Shown: positions 9,908 through 20,751 of the stretch, one piece after another
Numbering within the stretch: the first letter of the stretch is position 1
Layout: each line of letters begins with the position of its first letter
DNA from: an uncultured Bacilli bacterium
GTDB lineage: Bacteria; Bacillota_I; Bacilli_A; RF39; UBA660
DNA: 64,000 nt
Direction of reading: 5' to 3'
Assembly (NCBI GenBank): GCA_944373145.1
Contig: CALWAL010000002.1
Span: forward strand, 86,282-150,281
Translations under genes and position numbers: made by a program
The notes under the pieces: generated by a model
Told to the model about the DNA's origin: nothing
The model's database searches: none
What the model saw: the letters and a program-made list of their open reading frames with translations, nothing else

Positions 9908-10162
9908 ATGTTTGAAATTAAATTTATATCATCAGAAAAAAGAGCAGTTATATATGATAATGATAAAATAATTGGTGAATGTGATTTTTTAGAAAATGGT
10001 GATATTTGGAATATTATTCATACTATTGTTGATCCACAATATCAGGGTTGTGGTTTGGCACGAAAATTAGTTGAAAAAATTATTGAAGAAGCAAAAAAGA
10101 ACCACAAACAGATAATTGCAGATTGTAGTTATGCTAAAAAAATATTAATAAGCAAAAAATAA
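9908..10162 (+). CDS. Small GNAT-fold N-acetyltransferase (YjdJ-like)
   Basis: 84 aa with the Q/RxxGxG/A-like motif YQGCGLARKLVEKIIEEAKK, typical of single-domain GNAT proteins. Confidence 0.6.
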   Translation: MFEIKFISSEKRAVIYDNDKIIGECDFLENGDIWNIIHTIVDPQYQGCGLARKLVEKIIEEAKKNHKQIIADCSYAKKILISKK

Positions 10163-10174
10163 TAATATTTAAAT

Positions 10175-10225
10175 TATATGTAAATCAAAAATAACTAGTT
10201 TGAACATTATGTCATTTCTAGTTAT
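10175..10225 (+). terminator. Intrinsic terminator after the GNAT gene
   Basis: 8-bp stem ataactag/ctagttat followed by a T7 run (long loop). Confidence 0.4.
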
Positions 10226-10281
10226 TTTTTTATACTTTATAAGTATCATGTTATAATAAACGATAGATTTGGGTGAATGTG

Positions 10282-10845
10282 ATGTTTGAGATTAGAGGTT
10301 ATAAAGCATTTAATAAAGATCAAACTAATCGTTATGGTTTTTATTTTGAAGAGGGAAAAACATATTATGCAACTGGTGAAATAACTTTTGGTAATAATGG
10401 TAATGGTTTTCATATGTGTACCCATTTATCTGATGTATTTCGTTATTTTGATTTTCAAGAAGAAGTTACAGTTGCGATAGTTACTGGGCGAGGAAAACAT
10501 CAGCAGTATGATGATTTATATTATGGATATTTTGATATGTATGTAGTAGAAGAAATAACCATTGAATGTTTTTTAACGCGTGAAGAAATTTTAAATATTA
10601 TTTTAAATTCTATACCTTCAGATATTAAAAAGTTTATAATGACTTTTTCTTTAAATGAATTAGAAATAGTTACTATGATTCGTCATTTATTAGGGCAAAG
10701 AGATTTAATAGAAGCTATTTTATATTATCAATGTAATAAGCGCGATATATATTATTTATCATCTTATGAGAGAGAAAGTGAAATTCAAAAAGTATTAAAA
10801 TATTTACAAGAACAAACAAAAGCTAATAAAAAAAGTAGTTTATAG
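10282..10845 (+). CDS. Hypothetical protein (~187 aa)
   Basis: ORF with RBS gggtga; own extended -10 (tgttataat) upstream. Confidence 0.5.
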   Translation: MFEIRGYKAFNKDQTNRYGFYFEEGKTYYATGEITFGNNGNGFHMCTHLSDVFRYFDFQEEVTVAIVTGRGKHQQYDDLYYGYFDMYVVEEITIECFLTREEILNIILNSIPSDIKKFIMTFSLNELEIVTMIRHLLGQRDLIEAILYYQCNKRDIYYLSSYERESEIQKVLKYLQEQTKANKKSSL

Positions 10846-10873
10846 TATATTGGCTTGAACATTAAACTATAAA

Positions 10874-12148
10874 CTATTTTATATTAATTGTGTCTTTATC
10901 CATGATAATTTCTGCGTTATAGAAACCATTTAATGCTTTGTACATTTCATTGATGTCCCATGCTCCTATTGTTTCGTTAGCGGAATGCATAGCTAATTGT
11001 GGTAAACCAATATCAATTGATGGAATACTGATGTGACTATTTGAAATTCCTCCTAAAGTTTTGCCACATTGCATATCAGAGCGACAAGTAAAATCTTGAT
11101 ACATAGCCCCTGCTTTTTCGCAAATACCTTTAAAAATAGTAGAACTTAAGGCATCAGTTGTATAATTAGTATGGTGCTTAATAACAACTCCCCTATTTAG
11201 TAAAACATGGTTAGTAGGATCACTTTTTTCTGGCGCATTGGGATGAAGCGCATGCCCATTATCAGCACTTATCATAAAACTATTGTTTAAAGTTGTATAA
11301 AAATTAGTGTTTAAAGCTTCACAAATCCTTGTTAGAGTATCAAGTAAAAAATGTGAATCAGCGCCTTGGTAAGTTAAACTCCCTATTTCTTCATTATTAA
11401 AAGCACAAAAAACGGCTGAAGTTTTATTATAAGAGTTAGTAAAACTTTCTAACGAAATAAAAGTAGTTGCTAAATTATCAAAACGTGGCCCTAAAATAAA
11501 TTCTTTATTGGCTCCAATATATTTAGCTTTATCACGATTATACAAATATAAATCATAATCGCATATTTTTTCAAAAATAATTCCTTCTTTTTTTAGCTTA
11601 TTTTCAATAAGTTTTTGTAATGACATATTTTGTAAAGAAATAATTGGCGACATATCTATTTGCTCATTAAGTTTAATTCCCTCGTTTACCTCCCTATTAA
11701 TATGAATAGCTTGACTTGGAATAATTGCTAAGTCTTCATCAAAGTTAATTAAATGAGCATGATATCCCCTTTTATCTTCTAAAAATATTCTTCCAGCAAT
11801 TGATAAAGGCCGATCAAGCCATGAATAATTGATTGTGCCTCCATAACGTTCAACATTGAGTTTATTAACTCCTTCTACACTCATATCGGCATTTACTTTA
11901 ATTTTAAAACTAGGCGAGTCTAAATGGCTTGCGACAATATTAAAACCATTATTATTTCGCAATTTAAAAGCAATAATAGAAGAATCGTTGCGAATTACAA
12001 AATAATTGTTACCTTCTTTAAGTTTATGCCAATCTTCATTTTCATAAATTTGAATAAAACCTTTTTGGCATAAATAATTTTTAATATTTTGTACTCCATA
12101 ATAAGCATTAGGCGTTGAATTAATAAAGTTCATTAAGTTTTCGTTCAT
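10874..12148 (-). CDS. M18-family aminopeptidase (aspartyl aminopeptidase-like)
   Basis: 424 aa; overall M18 architecture with metal-ligand His/Asp/Glu-containing blocks (…SHLDSP…, …DNGH…, …HSANE…). Confidence 0.75.
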   Translation of the reverse strand: MNENLMNFINSTPNAYYGVQNIKNYLCQKGFIQIYENEDWHKLKEGNNYFVIRNDSSIIAFKLRNNNGFNIVASHLDSPSFKIKVNADMSVEGVNKLNVERYGGTINYSWLDRPLSIAGRIFLEDKRGYHAHLINFDEDLAIIPSQAIHINREVNEGIKLNEQIDMSPIISLQNMSLQKLIENKLKKEGIIFEKICDYDLYLYNRDKAKYIGANKEFILGPRFDNLATTFISLESFTNSYNKTSAVFCAFNNEEIGSLTYQGADSHFLLDTLTRICEALNTNFYTTLNNSFMISADNGHALHPNAPEKSDPTNHVLLNRGVVIKHHTNYTTDALSSTIFKGICEKAGAMYQDFTCRSDMQCGKTLGGISNSHISIPSIDIGLPQLAMHSANETIGAWDINEMYKALNGFYNAEIIMDKDTINIK

Positions 12149-12252
12149 ACTTATATACCTCCAATTTTAATTATATTATAGCATATTATTTTAAAATATT
12201 ATTTTTATTATATGATATAATTTATGTAGATTTTGAAGTTAAAGGTGATTAT

Positions 12253-13047
12253 ATGCGATTGATAGATTTAAATATTGGTATTAAATTAGATAATAATGAT
12301 GAAGTTATTAAATTGTTAAAAGAAATGGATGCAGATATCATCACTTTACAAGAGGTAACGAGGGGTCTTGATAACAGCGTTTTTGATCGATATAACAATA
12401 GTAATATTATTAAAAAAAATTTAAGTAATCTTTATCAAAATAGTTTTTTTGGTGCTTTATGGTGTGCTAAATTTCATATGAAAAAAGGAGTTATTACAAA
12501 GGACTTTGGTGGATTAATAGAGCAAGGAAATGAAATAATTACAAAATATAAAATTATTGATGCTGAGAATATCTTTTTTTATAAAAATTATGCTCCTTTT
12601 GTTGATACCACTAACTTTCGACAAGAAGATCACCCGCGGGCTTTAGAAAAAATAATTTTAGAGATTAATGGTCAAAAATTGCAAATTATTAATCTTCATG
12701 GTATTTGGAGTGAAGGAAAAAAAGGAGATTTTAGGACACTTAAAGAATGTGAATTTATTTGTAAAATAGCTAAGGCAAATCTTTTACCAACAATTGTAGT
12801 AGGAGATTTTAATTTAAGCCCTGAAAGTGAAAGTATTCAACTGATGAATAAACATTTAAATAATTTGATTAAAATGTATAATATTAAAACGACTCGCCCG
12901 AGAGTTAAAGATGGCCTTGATACTGGCAATAATGTTGATGATTATATTTTTATTAATGATAAAATAAAAGTTAATAAATTTGAAATTATAAAAAGTGAAG
13001 TTTCAGATCACTATCCATTGATTTTGGATTTTGAAATTATTAATTAA
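12253..13047 (+). CDS. Endonuclease/exonuclease/phosphatase (EEP) family protein
   Basis: ITLQEV near the N-terminus, GDFN, C-terminal SDHYPL motif. Confidence 0.75.
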   Translation: MRLIDLNIGIKLDNNDEVIKLLKEMDADIITLQEVTRGLDNSVFDRYNNSNIIKKNLSNLYQNSFFGALWCAKFHMKKGVITKDFGGLIEQGNEIITKYKIIDAENIFFYKNYAPFVDTTNFRQEDHPRALEKIILEINGQKLQIINLHGIWSEGKKGDFRTLKECEFICKIAKANLLPTIVVGDFNLSPESESIQLMNKHLNNLIKMYNIKTTRPRVKDGLDTGNNVDDYIFINDKIKVNKFEIIKSEVSDHYPLILDFEIIN

Positions 13048-13087
13048 ATGACTTATGCACAAAATATTAATAGATAAGAGGTGTTAT

Positions 13088-15034
13088 ATGTTTGAATTAG
13101 TATCTAATTATCAGCCTAGTGGCGATCAGCCCCAAGCAATTGAAAAATTAGTAAAAGGTATTAAAGATGGTGAAAAACACCAGGTTTTATTAGGTGTAAC
13201 TGGAAGTGGGAAAACATTTACGATTGCGAATGTTATTAAAGAGGTAAATAAGCCAACTCTTGTTTTAGCACACAATAAAACATTAGCTGGACAATTATAT
13301 AGTGAATTTAAAGAGTTATTTCCTAATAATGCAGTTGAATATTTTGTATCTTATTATGATTATTATCAACCAGAAGCTTATGTTGCTAAAACTGATACTT
13401 ATATTGAGAAAGATGCTTCTATTAATGATGAAATAGACGAATTAAGACATTCTGCTACTAGCGCATTATTGAATCGTCGAGATGTAATTATTGTTGCTTC
13501 TGTATCGTGTATTTATGGAATCGGAGATATTGATGATTACCGTGAAAAGATGCTTACAGTTAATGTTGGTGATAATGTAGAGCGCGATGAAATATTAGAA
13601 AAATTAATAGCTATGTTATATGAACGAAACGATATGGATTTTAAAAGGGGAACTTTTAGGGCTAAGGGAGATATTTTAGAAATTATGCCTGCTAATCAAC
13701 ATAATCGTGGGATTAGAATAGAATTTTTTGGTGATGAGGTAGAAAGAATTAGTGAATTTGATCCATTAACAGGAGCTATATTAGTAAATAAGAAAACAAT
13801 TAGCATTTTTCCGGCAAGTCATTTTGTTACTTCTGAAGATAAAATTTTAAAAGCTATAGAAAATATAAAAACGGAATTATCAGAACAATTAGCTAAATTT
13901 AAACGTGAAAATAAATTATTAGAATATCAACGTCTAGAAGAGCGTACTAATTATGATATTGAAATGTTAGCTGAAACTGGATCTTGCCGTGGAGTAGAGA
14001 ACTATTCTCGCCATTTAGCGCTTAAACAGCCCGGTGAGACCCCATCAACTTTAATAGATTTTTTTGCGGGAGATTTCTTATTGGTTGTAGATGAATCACA
14101 TGTAACTATACCTCAAGTGCGAGGTATGTATAATGGCGATAGAGCGCGTAAAGAAATATTAGTTGATTATGGGTTTAGACTACCTAGTGCTTTAGATAAC
14201 CGTCCTTTAAAATTTTCAGAATTTGAAAATAAGATTGATCAAATCATTTATATCTCAGCTACACCAGGAGATTATGAGTTGGAAAAAAGCCACGGAGTTG
14301 TTGAACAAATCATTCGCCCAACTGGTTTATTAGATCCAGAAATTGAAATTCATCCATCAAAAGGTCAAATTGATGATTTAGTAGAACGCATTAATAATAT
14401 TAAAAGTCGATCTGCTCGTGTATTAGTTACAACATTAACGATCAGGATGGCCGAAGAATTGACTAATTATTTGCGAAAGTTGGATATGAAAGTTGCATAT
14501 TTACATTCTGAAGTTAAAACTTTAGAGCGAATGGAAATTATTAGAGATTTACGTTTAGGAAAGTATGATGTTTTAGTTGGTATTAATTTGTTACGTGAGG
14601 GATTAGATATACCAGAAGTAGAACTAGTAGCTATCATGGATGCTGATAAACAAGGTTTTTTGCGAAGTACGCGAAGTTTGATTCAAACTATTGGTCGAGC
14701 AGCACGTAATGCCAATGGAAAGGTTGTGATGTATGCTGATGTTATTAGTGAATCTATGCAAGAGGCAATTACTGAAACTAATAGGCGCCGTGCTATTCAA
14801 AAAAAATACAATGAAGAACATGGTATTACTCCTAAAACCATAATTAAAGAAGTGCGAGAAGTTATTTCTAATATTCAAACAACAACTTCTAATAAAGAAC
14901 GTAAAATGAGTAAAAAAGAGAAAAATGACTTAATGCTTAAAATTGAAAATGAAATGAAAGAAGCAGCCAAATGTCTTGATTTTGAAAGAGCTATGGAGTT
15001 AAGAGATGCTTTATTTGAATTAAAAAGCGAGTAG
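13088..15034 (+). CDS. uvrB: Excinuclease ABC subunit B
   Basis: Walker A GVTGSGKT, helicase motifs, C-terminal UVR domain (…[12 protein letters not shown]…); start at the RBS-supported ATG ([14 protein letters not shown]). Confidence 0.95.
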   Translation: MFELVSNYQPSGDQPQAIEKLVKGIKDGEKHQVLLGVTGSGKTFTIANVIKEVNKPTLVLAHNKTLAGQLYSEFKELFPNNAVEYFVSYYDYYQPEAYVAKTDTYIEKDASINDEIDELRHSATSALLNRRDVIIVASVSCIYGIGDIDDYREKMLTVNVGDNVERDEILEKLIAMLYERNDMDFKRGTFRAKGDILEIMPANQHNRGIRIEFFGDEVERISEFDPLTGAILVNKKTISIFPASHFVTSEDKILKAIENIKTELSEQLAKFKRENKLLEYQRLEERTNYDIEMLAETGSCRGVENYSRHLALKQPGETPSTLIDFFAGDFLLVVDESHVTIPQVRGMYNGDRARKEILVDYGFRLPSALDNRPLKFSEFENKIDQIIYISATPGDYELEKSHGVVEQIIRPTGLLDPEIEIHPSKGQIDDLVERINNIKSRSARVLVTTLTIRMAEELTNYLRKLDMKVAYLHSEVKTLERMEIIRDLRLGKYDVLVGINLLREGLDIPEVELVAIMDADKQGFLRSTRSLIQTIGRAARNANGKVVMYADVISESMQEAITETNRRRAIQKKYNEEHGITPKTIIKEVREVISNIQTTTSNKERKMSKKEKNDLMLKIENEMKEAAKCLDFERAMELRDALFELKSE

Positions 15035-15043
15035 GTGATATGA

Positions 15044-15658
15044 GTGAAAATAATATTTGGAACAACAAATGCTAGAAAAGTAGAAGATTTAGAATTTATT
15101 ATACAAAAATATAATTTAGATTTAGAGGTTTTGACTTTAGCGGATATTGGTTGGGATCGAGGAGAAATTGAAGAAAACGGTCAAACTTTAGAAGAAAATT
15201 CTTTAATAAAAGCTCGAGCGATTCATGATTATTGTAAAGATAATAATATAACTTACCCAATTATTACAGATGATGCGGGATTATTTGTTGATAGTTTAAA
15301 CGGTGAGCCGGGAATTTATACAGCTCGTTATGCTGATGCTGAAATAAAAAACAATCCGAATTTACCCGGATATGAGTGTGTTAATAAATTGTTAAGAAAA
15401 TTGGACGGTGCTAAAGATAGAGGGGCAGAATATCGTTGTGTTGTAACTTGCATGGATTGTAACGGTGATTATTTTCAAACTTTTGGCATATCAAAAGGAA
15501 TTATTGCAGAAGAGATAGCCCCTCCACTTGTTAAGCCTTATTTTTATTCTGTTTTTATACTTTTAGACAAAGGTGAAACTTTTAATTTAATACCGAAAGA
15601 AGATTTGTGTGAAACGTATCGGTACAAAGCTTTAAAGAAGGCTTTAAAAAGAATATAA
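15044..15658 (+). CDS. rdgB: Non-canonical purine NTP pyrophosphatase (RdgB/HAM1 family)
   Basis: N-terminal FGTTNARK, later TDDAGLFVDSLNGEPGIYTARYA, characteristic of the Ham1/ITPase family. Confidence 0.85.
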   Translation: MKIIFGTTNARKVEDLEFIIQKYNLDLEVLTLADIGWDRGEIEENGQTLEENSLIKARAIHDYCKDNNITYPIITDDAGLFVDSLNGEPGIYTARYADAEIKNNPNLPGYECVNKLLRKLDGAKDRGAEYRCVVTCMDCNGDYFQTFGISKGIIAEEIAPPLVKPYFYSVFILLDKGETFNLIPKEDLCETYRYKALKKALKRI

Positions 15659-15707
15659 GTTGCTTATTAATAGGTAAAAATGGTATAATTAATTTTGGAG
15701 ATGAACT

Positions 15708-16145
15708 ATGAAAAAAGTAGAAGAAAATGCAAAAGAAGTTATGTTAAAACCAAAAATTAATAAATATTTAGATTGGCTTATTCACATTTTAGGATATACG
15801 TTAGTTTTAATAGCAGTATCAGTTGTATTTAATGATACAGTTTATATTGATAATCAATTTTTTGGATTATGGGGAGTTTTGGCAATTATTATCATTTATA
15901 TTTTAAATCGTACTGTAAAACCTTTATTAGTTTGGCTAACTTTACCACTTACAGCTCTTACTTTAGGCCTTTTTTATCCAATAACTAATGTAATTATTTT
16001 AAAAGTAACTGATTGGCTTTTAGGTTGCCATTTTCAAATTCATGGCTTATTTATGATTTTTATTGTATCAATTATTATTTCAATTATGAATGCTATCATG
16101 GATAATATTATTATAGATACTTTTTTAAGAGGTAGAAAAAAATGA
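15708..16145 (+). CDS. Small 4-TM membrane protein (phage-holin-4_2/DUF360-like)
   Basis: 145 aa with four hydrophobic helices; 4-nt ATGA overlap with lgt suggests co-transcription. Confidence 0.45.
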   Translation: MKKVEENAKEVMLKPKINKYLDWLIHILGYTLVLIAVSVVFNDTVYIDNQFFGLWGVLAIIIIYILNRTVKPLLVWLTLPLTALTLGLFYPITNVIILKVTDWLLGCHFQIHGLFMIFIVSIIISIMNAIMDNIIIDTFLRGRKK

Positions 16146-16936
16146 ATAATATATTTTTAAGCATAGGACCAATTAATATTTATTGGTATTCAATTTGTAT
16201 TTTATTAGCGTTTGTAACCGGGTATTTTTTAGCGCTTCGTGAATTGAAAAAGCATAATATATCTTTAGACTTTTTTTACGATTATTTTTTTTACATGATT
16301 CCTATTGTTTTAGTGGGTGCCAGAATTTATTATGTTATTTTTGAATGGGGTTATTATTCAAAAAATTTATTAGAAATTTTTGCTGTTTGGAATGGTGGTT
16401 TAGCTATCCATGGTGGGATTATTGCTGGGGTTATTTTTACTATTATTTATACGCGTAAGCATCAAGTTGACGCGTTTAAATTAATGGATATAGTAGCGCC
16501 TTGTCTTATTATAGGTCAGGCAATTGGACGTTGGGGCAATTTTTTTAATCAAGAAGTTTATGGTCAAGAAATAAGTTTAGAAATGCTTAAATCTTTACAT
16601 ATTCCACAATTTATCATTGATGGGATGTATATTGGTGGAACTTATTATCATCCTTTATTTTTGTATGAATCACTGTTATGTCTATTAGGATTTATTATTT
16701 TGATATTAGTTAGAAAATATAGAAAATTAAAAGTTGGACAGATAACGGCTTTATATTTAATTATTTATGGTGTTATTAGGTTTTTTATGGAAGATATGCG
16801 GCAAGTTGAGTACAATTTAATGTTTGGGCAATTTAAAGTTGCTCAATTAGTTTCACTAATACTTGTTATAATTGGTTCGATTTTGTTTATAAAGCAAATG
16901 AATTCAAAAAAACTATATAACAGTAAGGAGAAATAA
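16142..16936 (+). CDS. lgt: Prolipoprotein diacylglyceryl transferase
   Basis: Lgt signature blocks (GPINIYWYSI…, ARIYYVIFEW, NGGLAIHGGII, GQAIGRWGNFFNQE). Confidence 0.9.
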   Translation: MNNIFLSIGPINIYWYSICILLAFVTGYFLALRELKKHNISLDFFYDYFFYMIPIVLVGARIYYVIFEWGYYSKNLLEIFAVWNGGLAIHGGIIAGVIFTIIYTRKHQVDAFKLMDIVAPCLIIGQAIGRWGNFFNQEVYGQEISLEMLKSLHIPQFIIDGMYIGGTYYHPLFLYESLLCLLGFIILILVRKYRKLKVGQITALYLIIYGVIRFFMEDMRQVEYNLMFGQFKVAQLVSLILVIIGSILFIKQMNSKKLYNSKEK

Positions 16937-16937
16937 T

Positions 16938-17825
16938 ATGAAGTATGATTATGATTGTGTTGTAATTGGAGCAGGAATAGCTGGAATGACGGCGGCAATC
17001 TATTTGAAACGCTTTAATTTAAGAGTTTTATTGATTGATAAAAGTAAACCAGGTGGTTTATTAAATAAAATATCAACAATTGAAAATTATCCCGGATTTG
17101 TTAATATTAAAGGCTCTGATTTAGCTAAAGAAGTGTATAAACAAGTTGAAGAGTTAAAAATTGATTTTAAATTGGAAAATGTTGTAAAAATTATTGATCA
17201 TAAAATTATAACCAATATAGAAGAGATTACAACTAATAAGATTATCCTTGCGACAGGAAGGAAGCCTCGGAAGATTCAAGATGATGTTCAATACGAAAAT
17301 TTAATTTATAATGCGGTCGATAGTGCTCAAGACTATCATAATAAAATAGTAGCTGTTGTTGGTGGAGGAAATAGTGCTTTAGAAGAATCGTTATTTTTAG
17401 CCCATTATTGCAAAAAAGTAATAATTCTAAATAGAAGTTCTAATTTAAGAGCCGATGAAGTTGTAAAAAATAAAATAGCTAAATCTGATAATATAGAATT
17501 GATTTTAGAATGTAGTATTACTAAAATTAACGCGCATAATAATATGATTTATGAGATTGAGACAAATAATGGAAAATATCAGATTGATGCTTTATTTTCG
17601 TTTATTGGTTATGAACCGAGTGTTTCTTTTTTAGATAATATTATTATGGATAATAATTATATTTTGGTTGATGAAAATATGAAAACGAATATTAATAATA
17701 TTTATGCTTGCGGTGATATTATTAAAAAAGAAGTTTATCAATTATCGACAGCAATAGGAGAAGCTACTATTGCTGCAGTTAATGTAAAAAAAGATATTAA
17801 TAAAGAAAAGAAAGAAAATGCATAA
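16938..17825 (+). CDS. FAD-dependent pyridine nucleotide-disulfide oxidoreductase (thioredoxin-reductase-like)
   Basis: GxGxxG (VIGAGIAGMTAA), second dinucleotide motif VVGGGNSALEE, ACGD near the C-terminus; no CxxC redox pair seen. Confidence 0.7.
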   Translation: MKYDYDCVVIGAGIAGMTAAIYLKRFNLRVLLIDKSKPGGLLNKISTIENYPGFVNIKGSDLAKEVYKQVEELKIDFKLENVVKIIDHKIITNIEEITTNKIILATGRKPRKIQDDVQYENLIYNAVDSAQDYHNKIVAVVGGGNSALEESLFLAHYCKKVIILNRSSNLRADEVVKNKIAKSDNIELILECSITKINAHNNMIYEIETNNGKYQIDALFSFIGYEPSVSFLDNIIMDNNYILVDENMKTNINNIYACGDIIKKEVYQLSTAIGEATIAAVNVKKDINKEKKENA

Positions 17826-17843
17826 AATTAATTGGGTGGTAAT

Positions 17844-18794
17844 ATGAATAAAAAAGTAGTCGTTTTAGGTGGAGGAACAGGTTTATCAGCTCTTTTACGA
17901 GGTTTGAAACAATTTCCTGTTGATATAACTGCTATTGTATCTGTTTGTGATGATGGAAAAAGCACCGGTATTTTAAGAGAAGAATTTAATATTCCTGCAG
18001 TTGGGGATATTCGACGAGTGTTAGTTGCTTTATCAGAAACGGAACCATTAGTGATGGATTTATTTAATTATCGTTTTAATACGACAAGCGATTTAGACGG
18101 ACATACAGTTGGTAATTTATTATTAACAGCAATGACTGAAATTACCGGTAATTTATCAGATGGAATTGAAGCGTTGAGTAAAGTTATGAATTTAAAGGGG
18201 AAAGTTGTTCCTCTAACTGAAGATAATGTTATATTAATGGCCGAAATGGATGATGGTTGTATTGTCCAAGGTGAACATAATATTACAGTAGATAAGCGAA
18301 AGATTGAACGAGTTTTCTATAAAGAGGAGCCTATACCAACAGAAGAGGCTGTAAAAGCTATTGAAGAAGCTGACTTAATAATTTTAAGTATGGGTAGTTT
18401 ATTTACTAGTATTATTCCTAATCTTATTTGTGATAAAATTGTAGAAGCTATTGATAATAGTAATGGGAAAATTATGTATGTATGTAATATGATGACTCAA
18501 CCGGGAGAAACTGATGATTTTACGGTAACTGATCATGTTAAATTATTGAATGGTTATTTGGGTAAAAGAAAAATAGATTTGGTGATTGCTAATAAGGGTA
18601 AGATTGCTCCGGCGTTAGTTAAAAAGTATGAAAGTGCTGAGCAGAAAGATGCTGTTGTTTATGATTCTAAAAACTTTAGTCGTATAAGTGCAAAAGTTAT
18701 TAGCGATGATTTTGTTTCAATACAAAATGATTTGGTCCGACATGATGTTATAAAATTAGGCTTTCATATTTTTTCATATTTATTAAAGATGTAG
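17844..18794 (+). CDS. yvcK: Gluconeogenesis factor YvcK (UPF0052/CofD-like)
   Basis: VVLGGGTGLSALLRGLK N-terminus; conserved yvcK-whiA adjacency. Confidence 0.85.
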   Translation: MNKKVVVLGGGTGLSALLRGLKQFPVDITAIVSVCDDGKSTGILREEFNIPAVGDIRRVLVALSETEPLVMDLFNYRFNTTSDLDGHTVGNLLLTAMTEITGNLSDGIEALSKVMNLKGKVVPLTEDNVILMAEMDDGCIVQGEHNITVDKRKIERVFYKEEPIPTEEAVKAIEEADLIILSMGSLFTSIIPNLICDKIVEAIDNSNGKIMYVCNMMTQPGETDDFTVTDHVKLLNGYLGKRKIDLVIANKGKIAPALVKKYESAEQKDAVVYDSKNFSRISAKVISDDFVSIQNDLVRHDVIKLGFHIFSYLLKM

Positions 18795-18802
18795 GTGATA
18801 AA

Positions 18803-19720
18803 ATGTCTTTTACAAGTACAGTAAAAAACGAAGTTAGTAAACTAAACCAACAAAAAGTAGAACAAATAGCCGAATTATCGGCTATTTTACGCAATAGTTC
18901 TTCTATATCTAATTACATAAGAATAACAACAGAAAACTCTTCTGTTGCGCGTTTAATTTTTAATAGTATCAAAAGTTTATATGGGATAATTCCCAAAATT
19001 ACTGTACGTAATGGATATAATTATAATAAAAATTATATTTATATTTTAGAATTGAAAGATAAAATCAATGCTGTTTGCCAAGATTTATCATTACTATCCA
19101 ATATTCCTAAAAATTATTTAATTGATGATGATATTTCTAAAAGAGCATATTTACGCGGAGTTTTTTTAGCGTGCGGAAGTATTAACGATCCAAAAAAATC
19201 ACGTTACCATTTAGAATTTATTATCGATGATTTTGATTATGCTAATTTTATTTCTTCGCTTATTAATCAATATGGATTAAATAGCAAAGTTTTGAAACGC
19301 GAAAATAAATATATGGTTTATGTTAAAGAAGCGGAAAAAATAGGAGATTTTCTTAGAATGATTAATGCTATTCAAGCTTTATTTTATTATGAGGATATTC
19401 GTATTTATCGTGACCATAAAAATATGACAAATCGTTTAAATAATTGTGAACAAGCTAATGTTGATAAAATTATTAGTTCTGCAATGAAACAAGTTGAAGA
19501 TATTGAATTAATTGAAAAAATGAGTGGATTAGAACTGTTGAGTGATAAAGAAAAATTGGTAGCAATTTATCGACTAAAATATAAAGAAGTATCTTTGCAA
19601 GAATTAAGTGAGATTATTTCTATAGAAACGGGACATAAGATTACGAAGTCGGGACTTAATCATCGTTTTAATAAAATAAAGGAATTAGCTAATAAACTAA
19701 GAGAGAAGAATTGTAATTAA
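18803..19720 (+). CDS. whiA: Sporulation/cell-division regulator WhiA
   Basis: ~305 aa; LAGLIDADG-like middle region and C-terminal HTH; located after yvcK. Confidence 0.9.
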   Translation: MSFTSTVKNEVSKLNQQKVEQIAELSAILRNSSSISNYIRITTENSSVARLIFNSIKSLYGIIPKITVRNGYNYNKNYIYILELKDKINAVCQDLSLLSNIPKNYLIDDDISKRAYLRGVFLACGSINDPKKSRYHLEFIIDDFDYANFISSLINQYGLNSKVLKRENKYMVYVKEAEKIGDFLRMINAIQALFYYEDIRIYRDHKNMTNRLNNCEQANVDKIISSAMKQVEDIELIEKMSGLELLSDKEKLVAIYRLKYKEVSLQELSEIISIETGHKITKSGLNHRFNKIKELANKLREKNCN

Positions 19721-19776
19721 TTCTTCTTTTTATATTTATTTTGTAGTATAATAGGTATGTGACAAGGGGTGAATTT

Positions 19777-20751
19777 ATGGATAATTTATTTAACAAATTA
19801 ATAGATATTTTTAAAACACATAGTAAAGTTGTAATTATGGCTCATCATGATCCTGATTTGGATGCAATATCTTCATCATTGGCCCTTAGTTACTTATTAA
19901 GTAAGTTAGATATTGAAAATTATATATTTTTATCTAAAAAAAGAGCTGATAGTTACACCAGCTCTGTAGCTCAAGTTTTAATGCGTGCTAATAATAATAA
20001 TTATATATATCCTAGTACTTATAAAGAAATAATTGATGATGAGACAGTTTTGGCCATTTTAGATGTTCACCAAAAAGAACGACTAGAATATCCAAATATT
20101 ATTAACACAATAAAAAAAGTAGTTATATTAGATCACCATATTAAATCAAATTCTTACATACGTGATACGGAATTGTTTTATATTGATTCGACTTTATCTA
20201 GTATGGCAGAGTTTATGGTTTGGTTTGCTAACTATTTAAATATTAATTATAGTATTTTTCTAGCAAGTGTCTTATTGGCGGGGGTTGAAGTTGACACTAA
20301 TGGCTTCACTTTAAAAACAACAGAGAAAACTTTTACAGCGGCTGCTAGTTTAGCAAGTATGGGAGCTGACAGTGTTTTGAAACAGGAACTACTTAAAGAA
20401 AGTAAAGATACTTATTTAAGACGAGCTGATTTTATTCGCAGTAGTTATGTTATTAATAAAAATATAGCAATTTGTCCATTGTCAGAACCGGTTTCGACTA
20501 AAGAAGAATTAGCGGAGATTGCTGAAGAGTTATTGAAATTGGAGTATGTTGAAGCTTCGTTTGCTATTGGACAATTAAAACGAAATGAAGTTGGAATTAG
20601 TGCACGATCTATTGGCAATATTAATGTTTGTGAAATTATGAAACGATTAGGTGGAGGAGGTCATATTACTAATGCTGCTTCACAACTAAATAATTCGACT
20701 GTAAAAGAAACAGAACGTAAATTGCATAAAGTATTGGAGGAATTAGAATGA
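19777..20751 (+). CDS. nrnA: DHH/DHHA1 phosphoesterase (NrnA-like oligoribonuclease/pAp phosphatase)
   Basis: MAHHDPDLDAISS (DHH motif I), DHH at motif III, GGGH in DHHA1; upstream of rplI as in many Firmicutes. Confidence 0.75.
   Translation: MDNLFNKLIDIFKTHSKVVIMAHHDPDLDAISSSLALSYLLSKLDIENYIFLSKKRADSYTSSVAQVLMRANNNNYIYPSTYKEIIDDETVLAILDVHQKERLEYPNIINTIKKVVILDHHIKSNSYIRDTELFYIDSTLSSMAEFMVWFANYLNINYSIFLASVLLAGVEVDTNGFTLKTTEKTFTAAASLASMGADSVLKQELLKESKDTYLRRADFIRSSYVINKNIAICPLSEPVSTKEELAEIAEELLKLEYVEASFAIGQLKRNEVGISARSIGNINVCEIMKRLGGGGHITNAASQLNNSTVKETERKLHKVLEELE

Noticed and set aside
10195-10865. Repeated decamer ttgaacatta on both sides of the 10282-10845 gene (possible short inverted/direct repeat flanks)
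   Set aside because: Only 10 bp, in A+T-rich intergenic DNA and within terminator hairpins. It is too short to support a mobile-element boundary
15708-16145. Holin-like membrane protein as evidence of a prophage
   Set aside because: No integrase, terminase, capsid or lysin genes are nearby. The gene overlaps lgt in a housekeeping operon
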